DNA of 64,000 bases, taken from NCBI GenBank assembly GCA_963750355.1, contig CAVVQL010000007.1, positions 314,288-378,287 of the forward strand, written 5' to 3'. Shown piece by piece: positions 41,201-50,604 of this stretch (its first letter is position 1; each line of letters opens with the position of its first letter). The position numbers and the translations under genes were made by a program. The notes beneath the pieces are model-generated. The model was given only the letters and a program-made list of their open reading frames with translations. It did not search any database and had not been told where the DNA came from. The DNA comes from an uncultured Cytophagales bacterium. GTDB taxonomy: Bacteria > Bacteroidota > Bacteroidia > Cytophagales > Spirosomataceae.

Positions 41201-42832
41201 GCGATCGGGTTCCCGATTACCGTACACCCTTCTCTGGTCATCGAAGGGATGTCGTTGGGCTTCGGCATCCACCGGGATTTTGTCGCCCCGGAGCTGAAAG
41301 ACATCCTTTCCTTCCCGCTGATACAAGCCTCGGTGACGCCACCCCCTCCGATTGACATTGAAGCAATGGTGGAAAGTCTGCACCAGTATTTTCCACCCAC
41401 CGTGGGTCAGTATTTTGTGGTGGCGGGTATCAAGTTCAAGGCGTTTGGTTTGGTGGACACCCTGGCCCTGCTGGCGGTGAAATTTGGCCGGGAATTCGAG
41501 ATAGACCTGATGGGGGTGAGCAGCATCCTGCTTCCGCAAGGGTTTATCGAATTAGCGTGGATGGCCCGGATTGTGCCCGACAAAGGCGAGTTTTTCATTG
41601 GCGGAGAACTCACCCAGCGCTCTTATCTTCTGGCACCCATGGCCCAACTGACCGGCGGTTTTGCCGTGGCATTCTGGACGGGTGGTGACCACAAAGGCGA
41701 TTTTGTGGTGAGTGTGGGCGGCTACCACCCCCTGTATAAAAAACCGGGCCATTATCCCGATCACATCTCCCGGCTGGGCATCAGTTTCAAGCTGGGGAGT
41801 ATACTCGCCATTAAAGGCGGCATGTATTTCGCCGTGACCCCGCAGGCCATTATGATGGGCGGGTTCCTGAACGCAACGCTGCAACTGGACGGTATGGAGG
41901 GGTATCTGAGCATGACCCTCGATGCCATGATCTGGTACCAACCCTTCCATTACGATGCGTTGATTGGCGTGGATGCCGGCGTCAAGGTGGATATCCCTGC
42001 TGTCTTATATACGTTCCATATCAACCTGCATTTACACCTGGACGTACACGTCTGGGGGCCAGAGTTCTCCGGCATTGCTTATTTAGATGTCGGCGTAAAG
42101 ACCTTTGCTGTCCCGTTTGGTGCGGCAAGCAACGCCAAACCTCTGCCCGTGGGTTGGGATGAATTCAAAGGAAAATTCCTGCAAACCAAGGCCAAGGACG
42201 GAACCCTGAAAGACAATGTTTGCAGTGCTGTGGTAACAAAGGGTCTGATTCGCAAGGTAAAAAAAGCGGATAATACAGAGATTTATGTGGTCAATCCAAA
42301 AGAACTGGAAATAGAGGCTAAAACGATACTGCCTGTTACCGAAAAAATAGACGGTATAGAAAATCCAGTGAAGAGCGGGCCATTTGGCATTACACCCATG
42401 GGGGTAAAAGGCGGAGGATATACGGCTATTTTTCATGCGACATTAGCCGAACACCCCGACAAATTTAAAAAAAGGGCAATTACCAGCAGTGTGCCGGCCG
42501 CTATCTGGGGGGCAAATGGCTTGGTCCAGGCCGACTTAGCCAAATCAGACGACTCTCTGTTGACGAACGCCTTAACCGGCGTACTCATCACGCCCGGCAA
42601 AGACGTCGAGTCTGGTGAAACCCATGAACTGAACAAGGAGCAGCTTGCCTACAACACAGATGGGTGTAACCTCACGAAAGCACCCGTCTTGCACTTTTCG
42701 AAATCAGTAAACCAGCCATTCACTCCAACCAGCCCATCCAATACATTCCCTGAATTTACAGGAGTAAAAAAAGCGGTAACAATAGACAGAACACAACTGC
42801 TGCATGAGCCTATTCTTGTAAGCCTAAATTAA
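38228..42832 (+). CDS. Giant beta-rich protein with C-terminal DUF6603-like domain
   Basis: GPV.VKKV.L, I.GAFL, LTGGFA..FW...H.GDFVVSVGGYHP.Y..P.HYP, YFAVTP..IM.GG, W.PFHY, WGPEFSG, PV.W.EF...FL; likely ATG at 38228. Confidence 0.8.
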   Translation: MAFDYSKIPALVNELEDLTGIPELEGFSTFIASVLPSGTTLQYPISPVQKSTGVLLPAKLSGTGQNICIWFCDNDAEPDTAGVVVTYQTDQFSFKDGYALSPAAPQTILENGFWQGSWQLYSNMEEYVVPSDFLNAITADAADLTANLGGKQAMLTRGLNLVHTWKLNDALTGFTVGPFANLLGDTDVVLLANEYPGGMTFTLLLEQISASLPDYLTKFLSLQWASFSLFYSFADEEFPQSSASLSAQVQFMEQDALLEVALPSKAQPEAILSLAIYPQSPHPLEGGLSKLFEILGVGAPDIPESLPALGLEMTYLRVGISNSSIDSISTSLQLKAGTGDDGWSIPKDPKLFTFYAVSLQLDWRKGSGISFTLTGAMNALSYDFLLSYGYPSQIISAQIAPGVTTGKKIEELATEIGFPSELASGLSEVGTAFDISMYADVDDKELEIRLQNHNPWKLAGFLALNTLDLRLEFLNAWSFSGASLYVELDLPIGPMKGSGPERESVTIDIEADYDRLENRWSFEGETGEGQNIAVGEAINALAKKAGGNGFELPEAIHSLVVRDIHLLFDNKGNAEFTCITSIDIAGKELDFWVHLKREENATFLISGSLFINGIQLGVAFESTPAPGSSTPSTLPKTSDKYVIGSLLIPLTLDSKDLISAIAPDLAPDIPLSMAVRLKGLLLGLHKGSNKGSGNSSSSGTGASSEFLFRLSFDLNVKLSGIPLIGAMLPEGIGFTKGQLLAANKDWQDEDIEEVNGLLDQFKPNQPEAIGKLGDNATGPTVGKGISLSGAFQISEAIHFPMFLHFGENQPASGGNNQPVKGGSSSGGTSTPGNAGTAGSTVAVPVSAKPDPRAQRQVGKQLGPVNVKKVELLFQDGRLGLKITGGLALATFEFELIGLSVTVPQTVLNDPKQVTDINFGLDGIRVDVQKGTLTIAGAFLRTHYPESTTTGKTVAAYDEYNGIVQVAFPPFSLTGMGSYALYDGHPSLFLFVAIGFPITVHPSLVIEGMSLGFGIHRDFVAPELKDILSFPLIQASVTPPPPIDIEAMVESLHQYFPPTVGQYFVVAGIKFKAFGLVDTLALLAVKFGREFEIDLMGVSSILLPQGFIELAWMARIVPDKGEFFIGGELTQRSYLLAPMAQLTGGFAVAFWTGGDHKGDFVVSVGGYHPLYKKPGHYPDHISRLGISFKLGSILAIKGGMYFAVTPQAIMMGGFLNATLQLDGMEGYLSMTLDAMIWYQPFHYDALIGVDAGVKVDIPAVLYTFHINLHLHLDVHVWGPEFSGIAYLDVGVKTFAVPFGAASNAKPLPVGWDEFKGKFLQTKAKDGTLKDNVCSAVVTKGLIRKVKKADNTEIYVVNPKELEIEAKTILPVTEKIDGIENPVKSGPFGITPMGVKGGGYTAIFHATLAEHPDKFKKRAITSSVPAAIWGANGLVQADLAKSDDSLLTNALTGVLITPGKDVESGETHELNKEQLAYNTDGCNLTKAPVLHFSKSVNQPFTPTSPSNTFPEFTGVKKAVTIDRTQLLHEPILVSLN

Positions 42833-42838
42833 ACTGAC

Positions 42839-45022
42839 ATGGCAGATAACGGCGTTGATTCCAGTTCAGCCCCAGGCGAAGTTTCAGAAACGAACAAAAT
42901 TAGTTTTGAAGCCTATCACAAGCCGGGTATCGCCTCAGGCACCTATTCATTGCAGGCGCAGTTGGATTTTTCGATAGGCTCATCCACACCTATCAACCAA
43001 ACTTTTCAGGCCAACACGCTGGAATTCGAAGTGAGCAGCCCCCGTTTCAGCCTCTCTCCTGCGGAGGTCTATGCCGTGTTCCCCCCCCGTGATAGCCTTG
43101 GCGAGTTTGATACTGTCTTCCCCCATATTGAAATTAACCGCAGTACGTTACCCTGGGAGCGGTCGGCCGGGAAGAAAAACCTTCCCTGGTTATGCCTCAT
43201 CCTGCTACAGGAAGATGAACTGACTGATACGGCTAAGGTGAATGTAGCCTCTAAGGCATGGACCGACCTACGTGATTCATTAGCCTTGCCAGAGGAAAGT
43301 TCCGATGAGCCTGATGATGAACAGAAGCCGTTCCCGCCCGTTAAAGTACTAACGGTTGAAAAGAGTTTTCTGGAAGCCATTCTCCCAACGGCTGAGGATC
43401 TTAACTGGCTAACGCATGTACGGGTTGGACACGACCAGCACGGCGAAAAGTTTGAACGTGCCATTCTGGTCTGCAACCGAATGCCGAAGGCAGGGAGCAA
43501 GGCCGAGGTGCATTTAATTTCGCTGGAGGGAAAATGGAAAAATGATTCATTTAGTGAAGCGGGTATATCAGCTGGAAAAATTCCAGTGCTGAGTTTGCTC
43601 TCCTGGCAATTTACCTGCCCGGATACAGAGGAGTTCAAAGTGAGTCAAAAAGCCATTGACCGCCTGCCAAAGGAATTGAAAGAGACAGTAGCGAAAGCCT
43701 TCCCTACTACTGAAAACAAAGACACACTGTATCGGGGAAAAAACCCATTCAAAGATGTATTGAAAGAGAAAGGGATTATTTCGCTGGACAATAGTGCTAA
43801 CGACAACAAAATTCTATCCCAACTCCTTTCCGCCTGCCATAGTCAAACCGAGACCTTCAAAGGCTTGATGGATGGCCTAGACATCGGCTGGTTTAGCATA
43901 TTACCGGAAAACGATAACACCCCTGGTACACCCTTTTTCCAGGCGGGCAGCGTTCCCATGGCCCATGGCCTGCGACAGGGAGGCAAAACCGTTTCCTGGT
44001 ATAGAGGCCCTTTTGTCGCGACATCAGACCTGAGCAACGGTTTTTCACCGGACCTTCCGGCCCGTAATGCAGACCAGTTGTTGTTGTATGACAAGACGAC
44101 CAACATGCTTGACACCGCCTATGCCGCCGCCTGGGAATTGGGCAGGTTGCTCACCATCGGCCAGCCACGCATTAGCCAGCAGATAGCCCAATGGAAAACC
44201 TCCCACGCCCGCGAAGCCGGCCTGGCCCGGCAGAATCTGGCATTTGGGCATATTCCTTTTACAGATTCTGATTTTGTTCATGAAAAGGATGGGCAACTCG
44301 ACCAGAACCTGCAACATTATTTCGCGGATTTAAGCCTGCTCAACGGTCTGCCTTTTCACTACTTGGTACCGCATGAGAAGCTGCTGCCCCATGAATCCCT
44401 TCGTTTTTTCCATCTCGACGACCGTTGGATTGAAGCCTTGCTGGACGGCGCGTTCAGCATTGGCAGAACCACTCAATTGGATACGACGAGGGTACAACCG
44501 GGCACTGGCCCACACGAGAATGCCCGGCCACAACTAACGGGTATACTTTTGCGCTCTGACCTCGTATCCGGCTGGCCTTCGTTGCTCATCGAAGGGTATA
44601 CAGGAGATGGAGACGAATTAAAAAAAGAGGACAAGTTGACTGCTAAACGATTTGAACGGGTAGGCCCAACTGTTTTGCTGGTGCTTTTTGAGAAAGTCCT
44701 TACCCGCTTAACGATTCACCTGCCTGCCGAATCGCTTCATTTTGGCTTTAGTCCCCCGCTGCATGATGGTGAAGCTTATTTCAAAGAGTTGAAAAGCTTG
44801 GAAGATGGTTCGGAAATAATGGCCGAAAATAAGAATGTATCCATACCTATTAGCTGGAGAAATAATAGTCTCAGGGTTTTTGACCCTCAGGCATTTGTGG
44901 CTTCAATCAATGAGGAGCCAAACAATAAGAATTCAACTGACAAAGTAAGCATCTTTCACGCTGGCCAACTCGCAGTAGAACTATTGGAAGGAGTGCCGAG
45001 CTTGTTGGTCAAGGTTTTTTAA
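42839..45022 (+). CDS. Conserved hypothetical protein, partner of DUF6603 proteins
   Basis: PRFSL...VFPP, PHI...R.TLPWER, PWLCL, NRMP, G.KTVSWYRGP, AYAAAWELGRLL, PFHYLVP...LP.ESLRFF.LD..W...LLDGA.SIG, LLRS.LVSGWP. Confidence 0.8.
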   Translation: MADNGVDSSSAPGEVSETNKISFEAYHKPGIASGTYSLQAQLDFSIGSSTPINQTFQANTLEFEVSSPRFSLSPAEVYAVFPPRDSLGEFDTVFPHIEINRSTLPWERSAGKKNLPWLCLILLQEDELTDTAKVNVASKAWTDLRDSLALPEESSDEPDDEQKPFPPVKVLTVEKSFLEAILPTAEDLNWLTHVRVGHDQHGEKFERAILVCNRMPKAGSKAEVHLISLEGKWKNDSFSEAGISAGKIPVLSLLSWQFTCPDTEEFKVSQKAIDRLPKELKETVAKAFPTTENKDTLYRGKNPFKDVLKEKGIISLDNSANDNKILSQLLSACHSQTETFKGLMDGLDIGWFSILPENDNTPGTPFFQAGSVPMAHGLRQGGKTVSWYRGPFVATSDLSNGFSPDLPARNADQLLLYDKTTNMLDTAYAAAWELGRLLTIGQPRISQQIAQWKTSHAREAGLARQNLAFGHIPFTDSDFVHEKDGQLDQNLQHYFADLSLLNGLPFHYLVPHEKLLPHESLRFFHLDDRWIEALLDGAFSIGRTTQLDTTRVQPGTGPHENARPQLTGILLRSDLVSGWPSLLIEGYTGDGDELKKEDKLTAKRFERVGPTVLLVLFEKVLTRLTIHLPAESLHFGFSPPLHDGEAYFKELKSLEDGSEIMAENKNVSIPISWRNNSLRVFDPQAFVASINEEPNNKNSTDKVSIFHAGQLAVELLEGVPSLLVKVF

Positions 45023-45620
45023 AAGAAAGAAACGACAATCAGCAAAGCAGTTAGTTTTGTCGAAGGTTCAGTTTAACAACAGTTAAATTAGTCAAGAAAA
45101 TTTTCAGAAAACTATAGTATCAGGTCAAACTGGCGAAAGCCTTTGTCCACACCCATCACATACAGGACCACTACAATAGCCATCAGTAACCGAATTTTTG
45201 GCAAACTTGTCCTGCCTGGTTCGTCCAGTTCAAAACGGTCTGCCGCTCATGTGTATGCGCCGGGTGGAAGGTGCGCGGAAAAGTACAACTCTTACCTCGA
45301 CAGCCTGACGCCAGTGGGTAGTATCGCCCGTCTGCCGCAGCGGCGGCCCGCCCCCGTGATCTTAATCTCGCTGGTTGCGCTGCTCACCGCGTCACTTTTC
45401 CAAAAGCCCCAACAGTACCCACAGACGCGCAGACAATTTTTACTTTCTCTTAACCAATTCTGTAACGCTGGCTCCAGAAGATTGTCTGCGCAGTTGCTCT
45501 TCCAGTTTTGGCCCTGCCCGATCGTTTCCAACTGGCCAACTTGCGCCAAATTACAGCTTGTAGGACTTTTTCAAGGTAAAATCTACCCCTGACAGGATTG
45601 ACCTGATAGATTTTACACTT

Positions 45621-45637
45621 TTTTAATATCTTCTAAT
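45621..45637 (+). promoter_or_regulatory. Possible OmpR-type direct repeat (TTTTAAT-N3-TTCTAAT) upstream of the RND operon
   Basis: Two heptamers at 10-bp spacing; a 10-bp inverted repeat gtaaaatcta/tagattttac lies at 45576-45616. Confidence 0.35.
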
Positions 45638-45702
45638 TTCCTTCTCATCCCATCCTAATGTTAGGGAGCGTGCTTTGTGTCGAAGTAGTACGAACACAAC
45701 TT

Positions 45703-46008
45703 ATGCAACGCCAGACTTCCCCGCTTCGGCGGTCCAATTCAATTTTGCTCTATGGTTTTGGGCTGGCACTAGTTCTTTCTCTGGTGTTCAACGGCTTTTT
45801 ACTGTACCAACGAAGCCGTCAGCGAAGCCTTACCGAATACGAATATGGCAGTTCCGTTCATCCGGTCGAGCAGGTGGTCTGGCTACAGCAACTTTCGGAC
45901 TGTAAGCTAGCCAACCAACAGAAAGACAGCCTCATTCGCCAGTTAGAGCAAGTTCCCAACGCCCCGCCGGTCGGGGCGGTTACCGTTCATCTCCACTCAA
46001 GAAAATAG
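45703..46008 (+). CDS. Hypothetical membrane-anchored protein preceding the RND operon
   Basis: TM segment LLYGFGLALVLSLVFNGFLL followed by a short coiled coil. Confidence 0.55.
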   Translation: MQRQTSPLRRSNSILLYGFGLALVLSLVFNGFLLYQRSRQRSLTEYEYGSSVHPVEQVVWLQQLSDCKLANQQKDSLIRQLEQVPNAPPVGAVTVHLHSRK

Positions 46009-46150
46009 TACCACGTACACGCACAAAATCTCACTAGTCAACTATGATGCAGCCACTTTTCTTTCAGGTAAAATCGAGTTTCCCCTCGGCGAAACCCCTG
46101 TCAATCCTGCGTGTACGTACCGCTACTAATCAGTCAAACAAGTTCGCCTA

Positions 46151-47248
46151 ATGTATAAGACTATAATGAATAAAAGTAGCTTGCTTATGAGTTTGTGCGC
46201 CCTGTGGTGGTGCACAAGCTGCGCCACAAAAGCAGAAGAAAAGGAGGAGGAAACCCAGTACTCGGTTACCAGTCCTTTGCTGAAAGACACAACGGTCACC
46301 AACGACTATGTGGCCCAAATTCACGCCATCCAGCATATCGAATTAAGAGCCCTGGAAAAGGGGTACCTGCAAAAAATTTATGTGGATGAAGGCCAGTTTG
46401 TCAGAAAAGGGCAGCTGATGTTTCAGATTATGCCGGTGCAGTACCAGGCAGAATTACAGAAAGCCCAGGCCGAAGCCAATTTCGTTAACGTTGAATACAA
46501 AAACACGAAACTGCTGGCCGATAGCAATATCGTCTCGAAGAATGAACTAGCGCTGGCTAAAGCCAAATTAGACAAGGCAAAAGCAGAAGTCTCCGTTGCC
46601 CAGATTCACCTTGGTTTTACGGAAGTAAGGGCCCCTTTCGATGGGATCATGGACCATTTTCAGGTGCGGTTGGGCAGCCTTGTCAACGAGGGCGATTTGC
46701 TGACCACCCTGTCTGACAACAGCAAAATGTGGGTGTATTTCAACGTACCTGAAGCCGAGTACCTCAACTACAAGATCCACGCCGAGCAGGGAAGCTTTCA
46801 GAAAGTGAACCTGATGATGGCCAATCAGCAACTGTTTGGCTACCCCGGCAAAGTGGAGACCATCGAAGCGGATTTCAACAACGAAACCGGCAACATTGCC
46901 TTTCGCGCCACCTTTCCCAACCCTAAGGGAATGTTAAGGCATGGCGAAACGGGGAATATTCAGATGACCCTGCCGATGAAAAACGCCCTGATCATTCCGC
47001 AGAAAGCCACCTTCGAAGTATTGGAAAAAAAATACGTCTATGTGGTCGACAAGAACAACGTGATTCGCTCACGGGAGATCACGCTGGGGGCCGAGTTGCC
47101 ACACATTTTTGTTGTGCGGTCTGGTCTGACCAAGAATGACAAGATTCTGCTGGAAGGCCTCCGTCAGGTAAAAGAAAACCAGAAGATACAGTACAAATTC
47201 GAGCAGCCCAATTCTGTTCTTGCCCACTTAGAATTGTATGCCGAATGA
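46151..47248 (+). CDS. RND efflux periplasmic adaptor (MFP)
   Basis: GYLQKIYVDEGQFVRKGQ, VRAPFDG, TGNIAFRATFPNP. Confidence 0.93.
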   Translation: MYKTIMNKSSLLMSLCALWWCTSCATKAEEKEEETQYSVTSPLLKDTTVTNDYVAQIHAIQHIELRALEKGYLQKIYVDEGQFVRKGQLMFQIMPVQYQAELQKAQAEANFVNVEYKNTKLLADSNIVSKNELALAKAKLDKAKAEVSVAQIHLGFTEVRAPFDGIMDHFQVRLGSLVNEGDLLTTLSDNSKMWVYFNVPEAEYLNYKIHAEQGSFQKVNLMMANQQLFGYPGKVETIEADFNNETGNIAFRATFPNPKGMLRHGETGNIQMTLPMKNALIIPQKATFEVLEKKYVYVVDKNNVIRSREITLGAELPHIFVVRSGLTKNDKILLEGLRQVKENQKIQYKFEQPNSVLAHLELYAE

Positions 47249-47397
47249 GGGGATGCATAGTGACGGTGTACTGACTAATGCACAATGAGTAATGGCTCCG
47301 CCGTGGGACCCGCCTTGGCAAAGCCATCATTCATTCGTCAGTATACGTTTTCAGTACCCATCGTTCAGTACACTTTATCCATTCAAACCAGAGGTAC

Positions 47398-50300
47398 ATG
47401 TTTAGTAAATTCATCCGCAGGCCCGTATTCGCGATTGTGATATCGGTCATGATCGTCTTTATCGGTGTACTGGCTATCAAGAAATTACCTATTTCTCAAT
47501 TCCCAGATATTGCCCCCACTACCGTCAATATTTTCATTGCCTATCCCGGCTCCAGTGCCGATGTACTGGTGAAATCGACGCTGATCACGCTGGAACAGGC
47601 GATCAACGGCGTACAGGATATGCGGTACATCGCTACCGATGCAACCAGCGCCGGTGAGGCTACCCTTCGGATCATTTTCGAGCCGGGCACAGACCCGAAC
47701 GACGCCGTTATCCGGGTAAAAACCAGAGTGGACCAGGTAATGCCGCTGCTACCCGAACTGGTTCAGCGCGAAGGGGTTATCATCACGCCCATTCAACCCA
47801 GTATGTTGATGTACGTCAACCTCTATTCCAAGGATAAGCGTATTGACGAAAAATTCCTGTTCAACTACGCCACCGTTAAAATGATCCCTGAAATTCAGCG
47901 GACCAAAGGGGTGGCGCGGGCACAGATACTGGGTAGCCGCCGCTATGCCATGCGCGTTTGGCTGAACCCGGAGCGCATGCGGGCCTACAGCATCTCGACC
48001 GAAGAAGTGATGAAGGCCATCAGCGAGCAGAGTATTATTGGTCGGCCCGGCCGGATCGGCCAAAGTTCCGGTATTGCGGCCCAGTCGCTGGAATACGTGC
48101 TGACCTATAAGGGACGCTATAACAAGCCGGAAGAGTATGAAGGGATCATTATCCGGGCCAATTCAGCCGGGGAAAGCATTCACCTGCGGGATATAGCCAA
48201 GGTTGAACTGGGGAGTGAATTCTTCGATATTTATTCTAACCTGGACGGTCAGGCGTCGGCCGCCATTGTGTTGCGGCAAAACTACGGCAGTAACGCCAGC
48301 GATGTGATCGAGGAGGTAAAAGCCAAGCTCGAAGTCATGAAAGGCTCCTTTCCGCCGGGGGTCGACTATAAAATCAGCTATGACGTATCTAACTTCCTGG
48401 ATGCCTCGATCGAGCAGGTGATCGATACCCTGCGCGATGCCTTTATCCTGGTTGCGCTGGTGGTGTTTATCTTCCTGGGCGATTGGCGGTCTACGCTGAT
48501 ACCGATTCTTGCGGTTCCGGTATCGCTGATCGGGGCGTTTTTTGTCATTCAGGCATTTGGGCTTTCCATCAACCTGATCACGCTCTTTGCCCTGGTGCTG
48601 GCCATCGGTATTGTGGTCGACGACGCCATTGTGGTGGTGGAAGCCGTACACGCCAAGATGGAAGAAGAACCGCATCTCTCTCCCTATGGGGCGGTTAAAA
48701 AAGTGCTTGGTGAAATCAGCGGTGCCATTATCGCCATTACCCTGGTGATGGTATCAGTATTCCTGCCCATTTCGTTCATGTCGGGTCCGGTGGGTACGTT
48801 CTACCGCCAGTTCTCCATCACCATGGCCAGTTCCATCGTGATTTCGGCTCTGATTGCCCTGACGCTTACGCCCGTGCTCTGCGCCATGTTGTTGAAAAAC
48901 CACCATGGGCATCCCCCCAAGAAAAACATCCTGACCCGAACGCTCAATAGCTTCAACCGGGGGTTCGATACCATGACCGGACGCTACGTGGGCCTGTTGA
49001 AATTAATTGTCAGCCGCCGGTTCGTTACGTTCGCCATCTTAATCGGTTTCTGTGCAGGCATCGTATTCGTGAATAAGATTCTGCCAGCCGGCTTTATCCC
49101 GAACGAAGACCAGAGTACGATTTACGCGATCATCCAGACGCCACCGGGTTCTACGCTGGAAAAAACCAACGAGGTGTCGCGGCGGCTACAGAAAATTTGC
49201 GAAGAAGTGCCGGGCATCGAGTCGATCTCTTCGCTGGCTGGTTACGAGATTATGACCGAAGGACGGGGTTCTAACGCCGGTACCTGTCTGATCAACCTGA
49301 AACCCTGGTCAGACCGCGATCTGAACGTGAAGGAAATCATGGAAGAACTGGAGGTTAAAACAAAGAACCTCGGCGCTACGGTCGAATTCTTTGAACCACC
49401 AGCCATCCCTGGATTTGGTACATCGGGCGGCTTCTCCATGCGCTTACTGGATAAAACGACGGATACGGATTACCGTGAGTTCGACAAAATAAATAAGCAG
49501 TTCATGGAGGATTTAGGCAAGCGGAAAGAGCTTTCCGGCTTGTTTACCTTTTTTGCCGCCAATTATCCGCAGTACGAACTGGAGATCGACAATAATCTGG
49601 CCATGCAAAAAGGCGTGTCGATCGGAAAAGCGATGGACAACCTGAATATTATGATTGGCAGTACCTACGAGCAGGGTTTTATTAAGTACAACCAGTTCTT
49701 CAAAGTGTACGTACAGTCTGATCCCAGTTTCAGACGGCTTCCCTCCGATCTGCTGAATCTTTTCGTGAAAAACGATGCGGGCGAAATGGTGCCTTACTCG
49801 GCCTTCATGCGGCTGAAGAAAGGCCAGGGCCCCAATGAAATTACCCGATTCAATCTGTATAATTCTGCCGCTATTCAGGGGCAGCCCGCTAAGGGATATA
49901 CCACCGCCGATGCCATCCAGGCCATTCGCGAAGTGTCTGCCAAGACCCTGCCAAGAGGGTACGATATTGCGTTTGAAGGCCTCTCCTACGACGAATCCAT
50001 CCGGGGCAACGAATCGCTGTATGTGTTCCTGATCGTGCTGGCCTTCGTGTACATGGTGCTGGCCGCCCAATACGAAAGCTTCATCATTCCGCTGGCCGTT
50101 GTGCTGTCGCTGCCTGTCGGCATATTCGGTTCGTTCCTGTTGCTGAAGCTCATGGGGCTGGAAAACAACATTTATGCCCAGATCGGCCTCATCATGCTGG
50201 TGGGTCTGCTGGGTAAAAACGCCGTACTGATCGTGGAATTCGCCGTTCAGAAGCGTCAGCAGGGCGAAACAATTCTGAATGCCGCCATTGAAGGGGCCCG

Positions 50301-50604
50301 GGTTCGTTTCCGGCCGATTCTGATGACCTCGTTCGCCTTTGTGGCCGGCCTGATCCCGTTGATAACAGCATCGGGGGCGGGCGCTATCGGTAACCGTACC
50401 ATTGGGGCGTCGGCCATGGGTGGTATGCTGTTCGGCACCATTTTCGGGGTCATCATCATCCCCGGCCTGTACTACATATTTGGCAGTTTGGCCGATGGCC
50501 GGAAACTGATCAAAGGCGAAGAAGACAATACGTTGACCGAAGAATTCGCCCATTCTATCGACACGTTCCCACAACCTGAAGAAGTTGAAGACCATGTGCA
50601 ATAA
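47398..50604 (+). CDS. RND efflux permease (HAE1/AcrB family)
   Basis: FIRRPVFA, QFPDIAP, AIGIVVDDAIVVVE, RFRPILMTS. Confidence 0.96.
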   Translation: MFSKFIRRPVFAIVISVMIVFIGVLAIKKLPISQFPDIAPTTVNIFIAYPGSSADVLVKSTLITLEQAINGVQDMRYIATDATSAGEATLRIIFEPGTDPNDAVIRVKTRVDQVMPLLPELVQREGVIITPIQPSMLMYVNLYSKDKRIDEKFLFNYATVKMIPEIQRTKGVARAQILGSRRYAMRVWLNPERMRAYSISTEEVMKAISEQSIIGRPGRIGQSSGIAAQSLEYVLTYKGRYNKPEEYEGIIIRANSAGESIHLRDIAKVELGSEFFDIYSNLDGQASAAIVLRQNYGSNASDVIEEVKAKLEVMKGSFPPGVDYKISYDVSNFLDASIEQVIDTLRDAFILVALVVFIFLGDWRSTLIPILAVPVSLIGAFFVIQAFGLSINLITLFALVLAIGIVVDDAIVVVEAVHAKMEEEPHLSPYGAVKKVLGEISGAIIAITLVMVSVFLPISFMSGPVGTFYRQFSITMASSIVISALIALTLTPVLCAMLLKNHHGHPPKKNILTRTLNSFNRGFDTMTGRYVGLLKLIVSRRFVTFAILIGFCAGIVFVNKILPAGFIPNEDQSTIYAIIQTPPGSTLEKTNEVSRRLQKICEEVPGIESISSLAGYEIMTEGRGSNAGTCLINLKPWSDRDLNVKEIMEELEVKTKNLGATVEFFEPPAIPGFGTSGGFSMRLLDKTTDTDYREFDKINKQFMEDLGKRKELSGLFTFFAANYPQYELEIDNNLAMQKGVSIGKAMDNLNIMIGSTYEQGFIKYNQFFKVYVQSDPSFRRLPSDLLNLFVKNDAGEMVPYSAFMRLKKGQGPNEITRFNLYNSAAIQGQPAKGYTTADAIQAIREVSAKTLPRGYDIAFEGLSYDESIRGNESLYVFLIVLAFVYMVLAAQYESFIIPLAVVLSLPVGIFGSFLLLKLMGLENNIYAQIGLIMLVGLLGKNAVLIVEFAVQKRQQGETILNAAIEGARVRFRPILMTSFAFVAGLIPLITASGAGAIGNRTIGASAMGGMLFGTIFGVIIIPGLYYIFGSLADGRKLIKGEEDNTLTEEFAHSIDTFPQPEEVEDHVQ

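Noticed and set aside
29073-45022. Prophage, tailocin, canonical eCIS/T6SS or Tc toxin complex
   Set aside because: No recognisable capsid, terminase, integrase, sheath, tube, baseplate, VgrG/PAAR, AAA ATPase, lysis genes, SpvB or Rhs repeats; only the fibre is phage-like.
45143-45592. 149-aa ORF and overlapping ORFs after the toxin locus (possible immunity gene)
   Set aside because: Non-ATG start, atypical composition and no recognisable motif; cannot be supported as a gene.
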